A DNA stretch of 64,000 nucleotides, from NCBI GenBank assembly GCA_002269645.1, contig NIVC01000036.1, forward strand, positions 310,001-374,000, written 5' to 3'. Every line of letters starts with the position of its first letter. Position 1 is the stretch's first letter. Positions 1-13,797 of the stretch are shown piece after piece. The notes beneath the pieces were generated by a model. That model was given only the letters and a program-made list of their open reading frames with translations. It did not search any database and was not told the origin of the DNA. This DNA is from Macrostomum lignano (taxonomy: Eukaryota). The translations under genes were made by a program, and so were the position numbers.

Positions 1-1150
1 TCAGGGGTGTCTGAACAGTGAGTGTCAGGGGTGTCTGAACAGTGAGTGTTAGGGGTGTCTGATCAGTGAGTGTCAGGGGTGTCTGAACAGTGAGTGTCAG
101 GGGTGTCTGATCAGTGAGTGTCAGGGGTATCTGATCAGTGAGTGTCAGGGGTGTCTGAACAGTGAGTGTCAGGGGTATCTGATCAGTGAGTGTCAGGGGT
201 GTCTGAACAGTGAGTGTTAGGGGTGTCTGAACAGTGAGTGTTAGGGGTATCTGATCAGTGAGTGTCAGGGGTGTCTGAACAGTGAGTGTTAGGGGTATCT
301 GATCAGTGAGTGTTAGGGGTGTCTGATCAGTGAGTGTCAGGGGTGTCTGAACAGTGAGTGTCAGGGGTGTCTGAACAGTGAGTGTCAGGGGTGTCTGATC
401 AGTGAGTGTCAGGGGTGTCTGAACAGAGAGTGTCAGGGGTGTCTGAACAGTGAGTGTCAAGGGTGTCTGAACAGTGAGTGTCAGGGGTGTCTGAACAGTG
501 AGTGTCAGGGGTGTCTGAACAGTGAGTGTTAGGGGTGTCTGATCAGTGAGTGTCAGGGGTGTCTGAACAGTGAGTGTCAGGGGTGTCTGAACAGTGAGTG
601 TCAGGGGTGTCTGAACAGTGAGTGTTAGGGGTGTCGGAACAGTGAGTGTCAGGGGTATCTGATCAGTGAGTGTCAGGGGTGTCTGAACAGTGAGTGTCAG
701 GGGTGTCTGATCAGTGAGTGTTAGGGGTGTCGGAACAGTGAGTGTCAGGGGTATCTGATCAGTGAGTGTCAGGGGTGTCTGAACAGTGAGTGTTAGGGGT
801 GTCTGATCAGTGAGTGTCAGGGGTGTCTGGAGTGTCAGGGGTGTCTGATCAGTGAGTGTTAGGGGTGTCGGAACAGTGAGTGTCAGGGGTATCTGATCAG
901 TGAGTGTCAGGGGTGTCTGATCAGTGAGTGTTAGGGGTGTCGGAACAGTGAGTGTCAGGGGTATCTGATCAGTGAGTGTCAGGGGTGTCTGATCAGTGAG
1001 TGTTAGGGGTGTCGGAACAGTGAGTGTCAGGGGTATCTGATCAGTGAGTGTCAGGGGTGTCTGAACAGTGAGTTTTAGGGGTGTCTGATCAGTGAGTGTC
1101 AGGGGTGTCTGGAGTGTCAGGGGTGTCTGATCAGTGAGTGTTAGGGGTGT
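1..1150. repeat. 24-bp minisatellite TCAGGGGTGTCTGAACAGTGAGTG, about 47 copies (truncated by the window edge)
   Basis: Direct tandem periodicity. Confidence 0.97.
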
Positions 1151-1525
1151 ATAAACTGCAGTAGAGTTTATAAATGTTTATAAATTATACTGCTTAAAAT
1201 AGTACTTGATCTGAATGCCGATTGCTGAATGCAGAAGGGCAATATTTGCTGTGAGAACAGGCCCCAGTGTGGGAAATGGACGAGGCCGTTGAGCATGGAT
1301 TTTGACCGTCGCGCTGAAGAAAAAACCAACAAGGAAATTTGAGCAAAGTTTGAATGAAATGGAGACGAAAATGGGAGCAAAAAGCTTTAGTTGATTCCCA
1401 GTACTCATGGAGACTCATACAGGCACAAGGGCAATCTGCGAACTCTGCGAAATTGATGAGAAAATATCAGCCCTATAGGGAGACCTGGACCGTAGAAAGA
1501 CAGACTAAGCATTAAATCTGGATAG

Positions 1526-2450
<925 letters not shown>

Positions 2451-2616
2451 CCAGAGTCAGCCATACAAAACTCAAGTTCAGTCAAAGAGTGAGAATGGAG
2501 TGGATAGGAAAGAGCTTTAGCCAGAATAGAACAACTCACAAACCCATGCAGAAGAACTAGCCAGGCGCTCTTCTAAGTCTTGTGTCTCTCCTTGCAATTC
2601 TCTCCTGTCTTGGCCA

Positions 2617-3711
2617 ATGAGAGCCCCGCTAACCCAAGTCACTCGCAACTGCAAGCGGCCCAATTGCCTCTATAAACCCCCCGCAGAACCGTCTCAGATG
2701 TACAGGCGCTACAGGCTGCTCCAGCAGACTCCGCTAGTCTCTGTTAGTTGCAGCAACTTTGACAGCGACGCCGAAATGCCAACTAGAAGCGTCGATTGGG
2801 ACAGCCAGTATCGCCTTCGGGCTGACGGACAAGATTTGTCCAGCTGCTCGGGCCTGGATGAGGAGGGCCTCATCACTATTCAGCAGAATCTCTCTCAGGG
2901 CTCGTCAGCGAAGATCCTATCTTCCCTGCTGCTCACTGGACCGCCAGGCAGCGGCAAGACGCACCTCATCTCCTGCCTAGCCGTGGAGTACTCAAGTGAC
3001 CTAGCTGTACTGCGAGTGCCTGCTCAAGCTCTGCTCAACTCCGAAGGAGAATCTCGTCGACTGTTTCAACACCTGCAGAGTCAGCAGGGTCAGCAGCCGA
3101 GGAGGTACCTACTTGCCATTGACAACCTGGACGTTCTGCTTGGAGGCTCCGTTGACAGCGGCGCTGGCAGGGCGCTCTCGGAGCTGACTGACTGTCTGTT
3201 GACCTGCGGCAAACTTCCTGTCGTGCTGTCCACCTGCCGCCCCTGGCAGCTGATGTCGGAGCAGCCCAGACTCCGAGATCTGCTCAAGCGCAGCACCGTC
3301 TGCTTGTCCAGAGCGCCAGGTCGAGCGGAGAGGCGGCGAATTCTGGCAGGCCTGGCCAAGCTCAAGGACGCCTGGGCGCCGTTCCAGTTCTCGTTGAGGT
3401 CGGCGGATTTCAACGGCAGCGACGATGCTGTCGAGAATTTGACGCAGCCGGCTATGCTGGAAGTAATCCTGTCCGCTAGCGAAGGCATGTCGCCACGAGA
3501 CCTGGTCTGCCTGCTGCACCAGGCCGCCAACTTCCCAATTAAACGGCTGGTTGATCAGCGGGTGAGGCTGGTTGACAACCCGGATCTGCTGCAACTTGAC
3601 AGCGCCGATATTGGCCGCGTGCTGGCAGAGTGCCACGCCTCAGTGAGCGATGAGGAATGGCGGCGGTACAGCATCTGGGCGGCGAGTTTTTGCGGCGAGA
3701 ATGACGACTGA
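2617..3711 (+). CDS. Intronless divergent AAA+ ATPase, probably of the katanin/spastin/fidgetin/Vps4 clade (364 aa; true start may be a downstream Met)
   Basis: Walker A GPPGSGKT at about 2938-2961. Walker-B-like LLAIDNLD at about 3106-3132. C-terminal SVSDEEWRRYSIWAASF resembles the Vps4_C-type terminal helix (SVSxxDxxxYxxWxxxFG). Non-repetitive and GC-rich. Confidence 0.8.
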   Translation: MRAPLTQVTRNCKRPNCLYKPPAEPSQMYRRYRLLQQTPLVSVSCSNFDSDAEMPTRSVDWDSQYRLRADGQDLSSCSGLDEEGLITIQQNLSQGSSAKILSSLLLTGPPGSGKTHLISCLAVEYSSDLAVLRVPAQALLNSEGESRRLFQHLQSQQGQQPRRYLLAIDNLDVLLGGSVDSGAGRALSELTDCLLTCGKLPVVLSTCRPWQLMSEQPRLRDLLKRSTVCLSRAPGRAERRRILAGLAKLKDAWAPFQFSLRSADFNGSDDAVENLTQPAMLEVILSASEGMSPRDLVCLLHQAANFPIKRLVDQRVRLVDNPDLLQLDSADIGRVLAECHASVSDEEWRRYSIWAASFCGENDD

Positions 3712-3764
3712 TTAGAATTTGATAATGTACTTTAGTGCGGCGCTCTGTCAATGGGGTTGTTGGC

Positions 3765-4050
3765 GGTTAGGTGTGCGTCAGATGCTGACTTAAACCTGTC
3801 AGGTGTGTGTCAGATGCTGACTTTTACCTGTCAGGTGTGTGTCAGATGCTGACTTTTACCTGTCAGGTGTGCGTCAGATGCTGACTTTTACCTGTCAGGT
3901 GTGCGTCAGATGCTGACTTTTACCTGTCAGGTGTGTGTCAGATGCTGACTTTAACCTGTCAGGTGTGTGTCAGATACTGAATTGAACCTGTCAGATGTGT
4001 GTCAGATACTGAATTGAACCTGTCAGGTATGTGTCAGATGCTAGTTTCTG
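3765..4050. repeat. 32-bp minisatellite CCTGTCAGGTGTGTGTCAGATGCTGACTTTTA, about 8 copies, just 3' of the AAA gene
   Basis: Direct. Confidence 0.93.
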
Positions 4051-5035
4051 TTTAGTCGGGGTGTCAGATGCAGGTTGATTAATAAATTTTTCCCATATTT
4101 CATATTTTCTAGCAAGATTTAATCAGGTTATTAATTCTGATGTTTCATTGGCACACATGTGAAATAAATTTGTCTTCGTAAACAGGTGTGTGACAGTAAC
4201 CAACAGCTAATTAAGTATTAATACTTTTTTATATGAAATTACGTGAATTGAAATGAAAAATTTTTTACAAATATGTTTAAGTGTTAAGACTTAAGCAGTC
4301 AAATTATAAGCGAAAACTAAGTAGAACATATTCATCGTGTTTAAAACAAAATTGTAAAAATGCTTGTTTCTAATTTAAAAAATGGTTGAATTCTATTTAA
4401 CAATCATATTAGTTATCTATTGAAAATTTATTTTAAGTTTACGTTTTCTACTTAAAGAATACAGAGAGTGTTGCATTCTGTATTTGTTTTAATAAATATT
4501 TCAATAAAAGCAAACTCAAGGAAATTACCTACGTACATTCATGCAGGTGACACCCGCACTTTTTAATGAATATTTTGCACCCTGTTTTTTTACTTTAAAA
4601 CACCAACTTGATTTGTCTTATTTGAAAGGGATTTTATTGAATTTTAGCTAATAGCCTATTCTTATTAGCTAATGATCTAAATGTAGTTAGCTAATAGTCT
4701 GTTCTTTCTAATTAGCTAATAGCCTATTAGTCTATTTTATTTAGCTAATAGCCTATTCTAATTAGCTAATAGCCTTGGGCTAGACAACAAACCATACTTT
4801 AAAACAAAATAAGTTCTAACGGGCACAAGAATCATCTTTTCCTCTCTTCCTTTCATAACTGTCGACAAAAAGCTTCTCTTCTTAATGAGCTACATATACA
4901 TGAAAGGTAAAAGCCTAGATGCCTATCCAATTAGTCAGGATGCGATGAGAGTGCCTTGACCTCACAATATGCTTGTACTTGTTTGCGCTATGCAGGTGAA
5001 GTGTAATATTCATTATTGAATAGAAAGATACATAG

Positions 5036-5037
<2 letters not shown>

Positions 5038-5077
<40 letters not shown>

Positions 5078-5735
5078 ACTCAGTTTCCTGATGCACATAA
5101 AATGATGCACATAAAAATTCTGATGTTTGCTTGCATTATCGATAACAAAAGTTATGAGAAGAGCGTCTTAAAGAGTTAAAAAGGAGGAGAGAGGAGAAAG
5201 GAGAGGAGGAGAGAGGAGAAAGGAGAGGAGGAGAGGAAAGGAGAGAAGAGAGAGGAGAGAGGAGAGAGGAGAGAAGAGAGAGAGAAGGGGATAGTGGAGA
5301 GAGGAGAGTAGAGAGTGGAGAGAGGAGATAAGATAGAGGTGAGGGGAGGGAAGAGAGTCGAGAGAGGAGAGAGGAGAGAAGAAAGAGGAGAGAGGAGAGA
5401 GAGAGGAGAGGGAGAAGAGAGGAGAGAGAAGAGAGGAGAGGAGAGAGGAGATCAGAGAGGAGAGTGGTGGAGAGGAGAGAGGAGAGAGGAGAGGAGAGAG
5501 AAGAGGAGAGAGGAGAGAAGAAAGAGGAGAGAGGATCGAGAGAGAGTAGATAAGGTAGAGAAGAGGGGAGGGAGAAGAAAGGAGAGAGGAGAGAGGAGAG
5601 AGGAGAAAGAGTAGAGAGGAGAGAGGAGAGAGGAGAGGAGAGAGGAGAGAAGAAAGAGAGGAGAGGAGAGGGGAGACAGGAGAGGAGAGGGGAGAGGGTA
5701 TAGAAGGGGAAGGGGAAGGAGAGAGGGGAGAAAAG
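5038..5735. repeat. (TG)n at about 5038-5075 and a purine-rich GA low-complexity tract at about 5180-5735
   Basis: Direct. Confidence 0.92.
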
Positions 5736-6284
5736 CGGGAAATAAAACCCATCAGTGCAAAATGACACAAGATGCTGCTCAGGTTCCTACGCACAACAAG
5801 CAGGAGGCGCGGGGAGCGTGCCCGACTATAATGAGCCTACATGTACACCTTTTTATCAAAAACGCTTTAACCAAACTGACAATCCTCATGCACTGATCCC
5901 GAACTTATCGTTTCAGTTTACAAACAAATGAAAAAGAAGACGGCTTGGCCCAGTTGAGTCTAAATCTGCTCAGCTCTGCTCAGCAATAAAAAACAAGACA
6001 CTCAGGCCGCCCCTAATTAAACTGACTGATTGAATTCTGTCCCCTAGAGCCGGTTTTCCAGGCTTCAAGACTGAGTACTGCCAAGTTTCCAGAGCCAATC
6101 GAGTCGGAATAGAGCCTGATTGATTAGGGTTGCTGAGCCGGAAAAGTGCCTTTGATCTGGCATAACAAATTCACTTTCTATAACTGAGCTGCCTGATACT
6201 CGCTATCAACCTGATTGATATTCCGAGAGGGGAGATTAGTTTATAATCATAAAAATACAGGCCATATAACCTCTATGAATAAGG

Positions 6285-7120
6285 ATTAGAATGGATTGCT
6301 AATCTATAGAGACACAATATGGATGAAGGATTAGAATGGATTGCTAATCTACGGAGACACAATATGGATGAGGGATTAGAGTGGATTGCTAATCTATTGA
6401 GACACAATATGGATGAAGGATTAGAGTGGATTGCTAATCTACTGAGACACAATACGGATGAAGGATTAGAATGGATTGCTAATCTACTGAGACACAATAT
6501 GGATGAAGGATTAGAGAGGATTGCTAATCTATTGAGACACAATATGGATGAAGGATTAGAGTGGATTGCTAATCTATTGAGACACAATATGGATGAAGGA
6601 TTAAAGTGGATTGCTAATCTATTGAGACACAATATGGATGAAGGATTAGAGTGGATTGCTAATCTACTGAGACACAATATGGATTAAGGATTAGAGTGGA
6701 TTGCTAATCTACTGAGACACAATATGGATGAAGGATTAGAATGGATTGCTAATCTATTGAGACACAATATGGATGAGGGATTAGAGTGGATTGCTAATCT
6801 ACTGAGACACAATATGGATGAAGGATTAGAATGGATTGCTAATCTACTGAGACACAATATGGATGAGGGATTAGAGTGGATTGCTAATCTATTGAGACAC
6901 AATATGGATGAAGGATTAGAGTGGATTGCTAATCTACTGAGACACGATATGGATATAGGATTAGAGTGGATTGCTAATCTACTGAGACACGATATGGATG
7001 TAGGATTAGAGTGGATTGCTAATCTACTGAGACACAATATGGATGTAGGATTAGAGTGGATTGCTAATCTACTGAGACACGATATGGATATAGGATTAGA
7101 GTGGATTGCTAATCTATTGA
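6285..7120. repeat. 45-bp minisatellite (GGATTAGAGTGGATTGCTAATCTATTGAGACACAATATGGATGAA), about 18 copies
   Basis: Direct. Same family and orientation as 16880-20935. Confidence 0.97.
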
Positions 7121-7565
7121 GCCAAGACACTGATGGAGCATATATAATGGTCAACATAGTTAAAACTGCATGCAGCCACACGCCTTTCCATCTGCGTACT
7201 TCATACCCCAGTTATAAGCCCCCAGCTCAGCTGCTGACTATTGAGATGACGCAGGCCTCAGAGGTGTGGCCTGGGGTGTCCCAGCAGAGCGCCTTCAAGC
7301 TTCGAGCAGGCCATGAGGCATCAGGGAAAAAAAAGCACTTCACTCGATGCTTCAATCCATTTGCCAGCTTGTCGGCTCAATGGAGTGGATTATCCCTCAA
7401 GACATCGCGGAAACAACTGATGGAGCTAAGCTCAGTAATATAACAGTTGCTAGGGAAGAAAAATGTGAGAAAAGTGACAGCTGCACAAATTTAATCCTAA
7501 GCTGCATGCAGACTCTTGGTGCGCCTTCAATTTTGGTTTCTGTAAGTCAGGTTGACACTATCTCC

Positions 7566-8047
7566 TGTCTAACAGCCGTGTGACACTGTCCTGTCTAACA
7601 GGTGTGTGACACTTTCCTGTCTAACAGGTGTGTGACACTGTCCTGTCTAACAGGTGTGTGACACTGTCCTGTCTAACAGGTGTGTGACACTGTCCTGTCT
7701 AACAGGTGTGTGACACTGTCCTGTCTAACAGCCGTGTGACACTGTCCTGTCTAACAGGTGTGTGACACTGTCCTGTCTAACAGGTGTGTGATACTATCCT
7801 GTCTAACAGGTGTGTGACACTGTCCTGTCTAACAGGTGTGTGATACTGTCCTGTCTAACAGGTGTGTGACACACTGTCCTGTCTAACAGGTGTGTGACAC
7901 TGTCCTGTCTAACAGGTGTGTGACACTGTCCTGTCTAACAGGTGTGTGACACTGTCCTGTCTAACAGGTGTGTGACACTGTCCTGTCTAACAGGTGTGTG
8001 ACACTGTCCTGTCTAACAGGTGTGTGACACTGTCCTGTCTAACAGGT
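7566..8047. repeat. 26-bp minisatellite CCTGTCTAACAGGTGTGTGACACTGT, about 18 copies
   Basis: Direct. Confidence 0.96.
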
Positions 8048-8649
8048 GCAATTGGTATATCTAACCAGTGAAAAAACATGCAAATATAAATAAGAAAACT
8101 TTTATTTAGATTATTATAGAATATAAACATCAAAACTTTATTTTTATACTAGCAGTAGTGTGCAAGGAACACGCTATCCTAATCTAGAACTGTACAACTG
8201 GGTCCTAAAGAAACTCAATTCTCAGTTTGCGTCTTCCATTTATCGCAATTTTTCACCCCCAGATTAGTAATCAAAAACTGCTCAAGAAACTTCTTAATCC
8301 CCTCGTGGGAATCCAGAATGATGTGCTCAGTCATGCTAGGCTATTATCGTTGAAATTGGGCATTCCTAGAAAGTCACATGTTGGCTGGTCTCCAACTCGA
8401 AAACTGACTGATGGCTACACGAGATTTGTACAAGGGTACGCAGTATGCGGAACCGGATTAGCAATAAGTTCCGGCTTGTTTCATTTCATTTTTTCGGTCA
8501 CGATGATGAGACACTCGATACTGTGACAAGCTGGAAAGTTTGTGTCTGGATTTTTCTCAGTAAAATATTTATGCTCATCTTGAAGAGTCTCAGCTGAATA
8601 CATGTTTAAAGCGAACTACGATCGCAACAAATCTTAACGAATATCCCTT

Positions 8650-9470
8650 AAATCTCACTGAATCTCAAGTGAATCTCACTTACAAATCTCAACGAATATA
8701 GCTTGAAACTCACCGGGAACTCTGAATCTCATTTGAATCCCACCTATTCTCACTTGAATCTCACCGATTCTCACTTGAATCTCACAGAATCTCACTTGAA
8801 TCTCACCGAATCTTGCTTGAATCTCACAGAATCTTACTTGAATCTCACAGAATCTCACTTGAATCTCACAGAATCTCACTTGAATCTCACAGAATCTCAC
8901 TTAAATCTCACAGAATCTCACTTGAATCTCACCGAATCTTGCTTGAATCTCACAGAATCTCACTTGAATCTCACAGAATCTCACTTGAATCTCACAGAAT
9001 CTCACTTAAATCTCACAGAACTTTTCTTGAATCTCACAGAATTTTTCTTGAATCTCACAGAATCTCACTTGAATCTAAAAGAATCTCACTTGAATCTAAA
9101 AGAATCTCACTTGAATCTAAAAGAATCTCACTTGAATCTAAAAGAATCTCACTTGAATCTGACAGGAATCTCACTTGAATCTCAAACAATCTCACTTAAA
9201 TCTCACAGATCTCACTAGAATCTCACAGAATCTCACAGAATCTCACTTGAATCTCACTTTAATCTCAACGAATCTCACAGAATCTCACAGAATCTCACAG
9301 AATCTCACAGAATCTCACTTAAATCTCACAGAATCTCACTTGAATCTTACAGTAATCCCACTTGAATATTACAGAATCTCACTTGAATCTCACAGAATCT
9401 CACAGAATCTCACTAAAATCTCACAGAATCTCACTTGAATCTCACAAAACCTATCTTGAATCTCACTGAG
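8650..9470. repeat. About 21-bp degenerate array (GAATCTCACTTGAATCTCACA)
   Basis: Direct. Confidence 0.93.
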
Positions 9471-11044
9471 TCTCAACAAGTTCATCAAAATATTTTTCAG
9501 ATATATGTAAGTTTGATAAGGTGGAACTGTATCAGGAAGAAGATTATGTTGCTAAAAGAAAACGGCAGTCATGTGTCATTTCCCTTGATCCGCAGGTAAT
9601 TTTTATATGAAAGTGCATTTATTCATCAAATAACATTTTTTCACGTAAAAGTTAGGCTTATGATACAAAGAGTTCTAATTTCGGTTTTAGAAACTTAAAT
9701 AATGGAACACCTCTTGTTACGAGCGTATTGTGGCGAAGGCAAAGCCGGGTGTTCAACAGGAATGCGACAACGCGAAGTAAAACAAAAGACTACAAACTAT
9801 AACAAAATATTCGCGATGTACACAAGCATAAAAAAGTTAGCTAGCAAATAAATTATTTAGATGAAAAATTAATAACAAAGCATACGTGATACTGTAATTT
9901 ACAATGAAAAGCAATTTCGGGTAATAATATTCGGCATAAAATGGATACCACCTGAAAAACGAGTGTTATGAAGGATGAAAGAATTCTAAACACCGCAAAA
10001 AATACTAAAGATTGGAAAATTGCTTTCTTGTGCTGGACTCCAATGTTTTGATTGAAAAGTGTTATGTTTTAGCAGTTAAACTTTTAAAAATATAAATCAA
10101 GGCCTGGGCTAATAATGGTTATACGATACGAGGAATAAAAATTGTCGTTTTTGTAAATGAAAAGAAAAACTTAAAGGAAAAGCTAATAACTGTGAGTGTT
10201 AAGTTTCACAGGCCGAGCTTTGTGGAGATACATTGGAACTTCAATTAGTTTAAAGTCAAGGAATTGTGGATTGTGATAGAAACAGAAGATAAGAAAAAAG
10301 AGTATTAGATTAAGAGAATATCCAGATCCTATACGAGCCCGAAAGACAACAGGCTCGTACGAAAGACTCCGATTAAAAAACAACAGAGCAGAAGAAACGG
10401 TGCTTGTTTAAATACAATAATTACAACTCGAGAAAAATCAAAGGAAACCGTAAAAAATTTGCTGAATAGTTTTGTTAATATGAGGCAGATGATTTTTTGA
10501 GACAGGAAAACAATTTCCTGTGACTAGCAAAAAGGGCAAACCTTTTCGAGTAAGATCGAGCATAATTAAAATTAAAAACAGTAAATAAATTCTAATTACT
10601 TTTGTGGTTTACGTGAAAAAAGAACTGAAGTTTTCACGACGACTAAAGTAAAATAGGTTGTGAAACACATGTACAGTTCGAATCAATGTACGCAGTTTAG
10701 CTATGTACATTTTAGACCGTGGTGGAGAGGGGGAGGGTCAAGGCAGCTACTGTACACACACAGTGTACATTCCTAAAACAGGGTCTCGCAATGGAGTGAG
10801 GTGGGTTGGTCTGGCTAAACTGATAATCGATCCCTCGTCGGGTAAGAGAGTGAAAACGCTAATGGCCCACTGTGTGGTTATATACTTCCTTTCAATGCCA
10901 GCTTTGAAGTAAACAATGCTATCTTTTAGATTGAGGGCCAAAAAGTGAAAATATGGGAAAACCGCGTGCTTTCCGTGGAAAATCCTTTCTTCCATCCATA
11001 GCTACATGTACATTATACAATCATTATTACATTCAAGTAATATT

Positions 11045-11302
11045 CTAGCTAGGAGAGTGGCTCCGCTTTCTCGACGATCGATGCTGATTGGACTTCAGTC
11101 CAGCTGCCTGTGCCGCGGTGACGTCTGCTGATACGGGCGACGCTCGCAGTCGCGGCGTCAGGGCGATGATGCAATCGCCGATTTCTAGGCGACCGCAGGC
11201 CAAACCGAAAATCTCCATGGCTCGCATTGGATCCCGAGCAGACCAGCCAGATTTGTCTGGCACAAATAGCGGCTGGCTTGAGGGTAGGCGGAGACTTCGG
11301 GT
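11045..11302 (-). CDS. ATXN1: Ataxin-1-like gene, exon 2 (second half of AXH plus C-terminal RKRSHS motif; about 337 aa total)
   Basis: QPLFVPDKSGWSARDPMRAMEIFGLACGRLEIGDCIIALT matches EYPFFVFGQGWSSCCPERTSQLFDLPCSKLSVGDVCISLT. Tandem acceptor CAGCAG, so the exon starts at 11305 or 11302, phase 0. TAG at 11047-11045. Confidence 0.85.
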   Translation of the reverse strand, partial: TRSLRLPSSQPLFVPDKSGWSARDPMRAMEIFGLACGRLEIGDCIIALTPRLRASPVSADVTAAQAAGLKSNQHRSSRKRSHSPS

Positions 11303-12569
11303 CTGCTGGGGTTTCAGGTTTTTCGGTAACACGTTAGCAGCAATTAAAATTTACCGTCATTGTATCAGCCAAGCAGTCGATTGGCTACATGCTACAGTCA
11401 AGAATTTCATATCTGTAGTTAGAAAACACGGGGCACTGCTCCCATATTTGCTCTTGGACAAATTTGTCAGCCACTTTTCATTCTAACGCGGCAGCAGCGA
11501 ATTCTAAAATGTCTATATTTCTCCCGAGAATAACAAATTTGAGCTCAAATTTGAGCACACACCCTTCAGGGGCGTTAAAAAGATCTCCAAGAATTAGAGA
11601 AGAAGAGTCACGTTTCCCACTCAAACAAACGGTTGCCAGTTTTTTTCTGCTAGGAAATTCCACTGACTAGGCTAGGAGGAGTAACAACTTTTTAATGTTG
11701 CTGGGATGTCAAGCACGTGTTAGGCGAAAGCGTGTGTTTGAGCTGGGATACACTGATATACTCAAATCGATAACTGATCCAAGGGATCGGGGCCTGTCCT
11801 GCCCACGCAGCCGATCAACTCAAACTCAAGAGAGACGAGCAGGAGATAGAGAGACAGAGATCGAGAATTAAGCGAAGAAAATTTTAACTCATAATTGCTC
11901 ACTTTAACATGCAATTTTTTGTTTTACTTTTCAATTTTCCCCGGTGACACGCGAGACGAGCTGAATTTGCGTCGGAGGGAGGGGCGGGGCTTCATAAGCT
12001 CGAAGTTTCATTAACAAAAAATGTGTCATTTCATTCAGCTTTATGCAAAGATTTTTTCTCCTAACCTCTCAATTGAGTTAGCAACTCAATTATCACTGAA
12101 AATGCATAGTTAAGCATTTGGGATTCAAGTGACGTATTAGCTCTATAACAGACGCGACGACTACCGTACTTGCGTAGTGTGTAGCTTTTCATTTTTCCAA
12201 CACTTTTTCCTACTCTCGATTATACCTCTCTGCCTGTGAAAGAGTCAAACAAGTTTGAGGGGCCATGGCAGGAACTGTCTGCCTGCCATTGCACTGGCCA
12301 GTTTTTGGTCAAGTGTGTAAAGATCTTCAACGATAGGTTTGAACAGCTTTGTAGGGCCCGGCGGGAGCCGGCCGTGGCCACGGCAACAATTTAAATAGCT
12401 GTGCCATGGACCGCTGATGCGATGCATCTGGACTAGAAGTTGGATTAATATTGTTAATAGAGCGTTGCTAGACTTAGTCCTAAAGGTTCATAAAACTATT
12501 CAATCAGCGGTATAAATAGTTAAAACAATTGTTCAAGAAAGGCAATACACTGGGTTATAGAATGTCTTA

Positions 12570-12965
12570 TGAATTGGTCATAGATTGCCTGTAAAATTGG
12601 TTCATAGACTGTCTATATATTTCAGTAATAAATTGCCTGTGACATTGGTCATAGACGGTCTGTAAATTAGTCATACGCTCGTAGATTGTCTGTAAAATAA
12701 GGTCATAGAATTTCTGTAAAAATTTTTCGGGAATTGTCTGTAAAATTGGCCATAGAGTGTCTTCTAATTTGGTCATTAGATTGTCTGTAAATTTGGTCAT
12801 TCGATTGTCTGTAAATTTGGTCATTAGATTGTCTGTAAATTTGGTCATTAGATTGTCTGTAAATTTGGTCATTAGATTGTCTGTAAATTTGGTCATTAGA
12901 TTGTCTGTAAATTTGGTCATTAGATTGTCTGTAAATTTGGTCATTAGATTGTCTGTAAATTTGGT
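12570..12965. repeat. 24-bp minisatellite TTGTCTGTAAATTTGGTCATTAGA (ataxin-1 intron)
   Basis: Direct. Homogeneous at the right end, decayed at the left. Confidence 0.92.
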
Positions 12966-13511
12966 CAGAGAGGGATGCTATAGAAACCGCCGATATTAAC
13001 TTGAATTAACTGGTTCTAGTCCAGACGGAATTGACTTACACTGGGGAGTTTTAGCGGCAGGATTAGAAGTCCTTGGCATTAGCATATGGCCGGGTCAGTC
13101 AGTGTTTGTGGGGGGGGTGGACAGTGGGGAGCAGAGGGGGGGACTTGAGGATCAGTGACGACTCCGCCTCAGTTTATCGTGGAGTAGCAATAGTGAGGAG
13201 TGGTTTTAACGCGCTCAAGTGGGGGAGGGGTTTAAGGGAATAGTCAGTTTAGGTCGGGTCGCTAAGCGGTATTCAGACACCACTATATGGGCATTTGGGT
13301 CGGCATTTTCAAGCGGCTGATTTCACTCATAACTGCCTGTCACTCTCCCTGCTCACTCCTCTCCCTTTCACAAGCTTGCTCCTACCCCTTGTTTCTATCT
13401 CGCTTGGTTGGGGTTAGGGTTAAGGCGCGATTGTTAACTGACCATCATTAATTGCTGCTGCATCTATTTTCCAAATATGGAGGGACACTTTTTACAAAGA
13501 CACACAGGAAA

Positions 13512-13797
13512 GAGATGCCTATGGTCCGAGATGTCTATGGTCCGAGATGTCTATGGTTCGAGATTTCTATAGTCCGAGATGTCTATGGTCCGAGATGTCT
13601 ATAGTCCGAGATGTCTATGGTCCGAGATGTATATGGTCCAAGATGTCTATGGTCCGAGATGTTTATGATCCGAGATGTCTATGGTCCGAGATGTCTATAG
13701 TTCGAGATGTCTATAGTCCGAGATGTATATGGTCCGAGATGTCTATGGTTCGAGATGTCTATGGTCCGAGATGTCTATGGTCCAAGATGTCTATGGT
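13512..13797. repeat. 16-bp minisatellite ATGGTCCGAGATGTCT (ataxin-1 intron)
   Basis: Direct. Confidence 0.94.

Noticed and set aside
1160-1520. Unique segment with several short ORFs and a TGA-interrupted + frame
   Set aside because: No recognisable homology or consistent splice sites; I cannot support either a gene or a pseudogene call.
11534-11556. 20-bp perfect palindrome CAAATTTGAGCTCAAATTTG overlapping a 14-bp palindrome
   Set aside because: Explained by a short local duplication of a self-complementary motif; no associated element ends.
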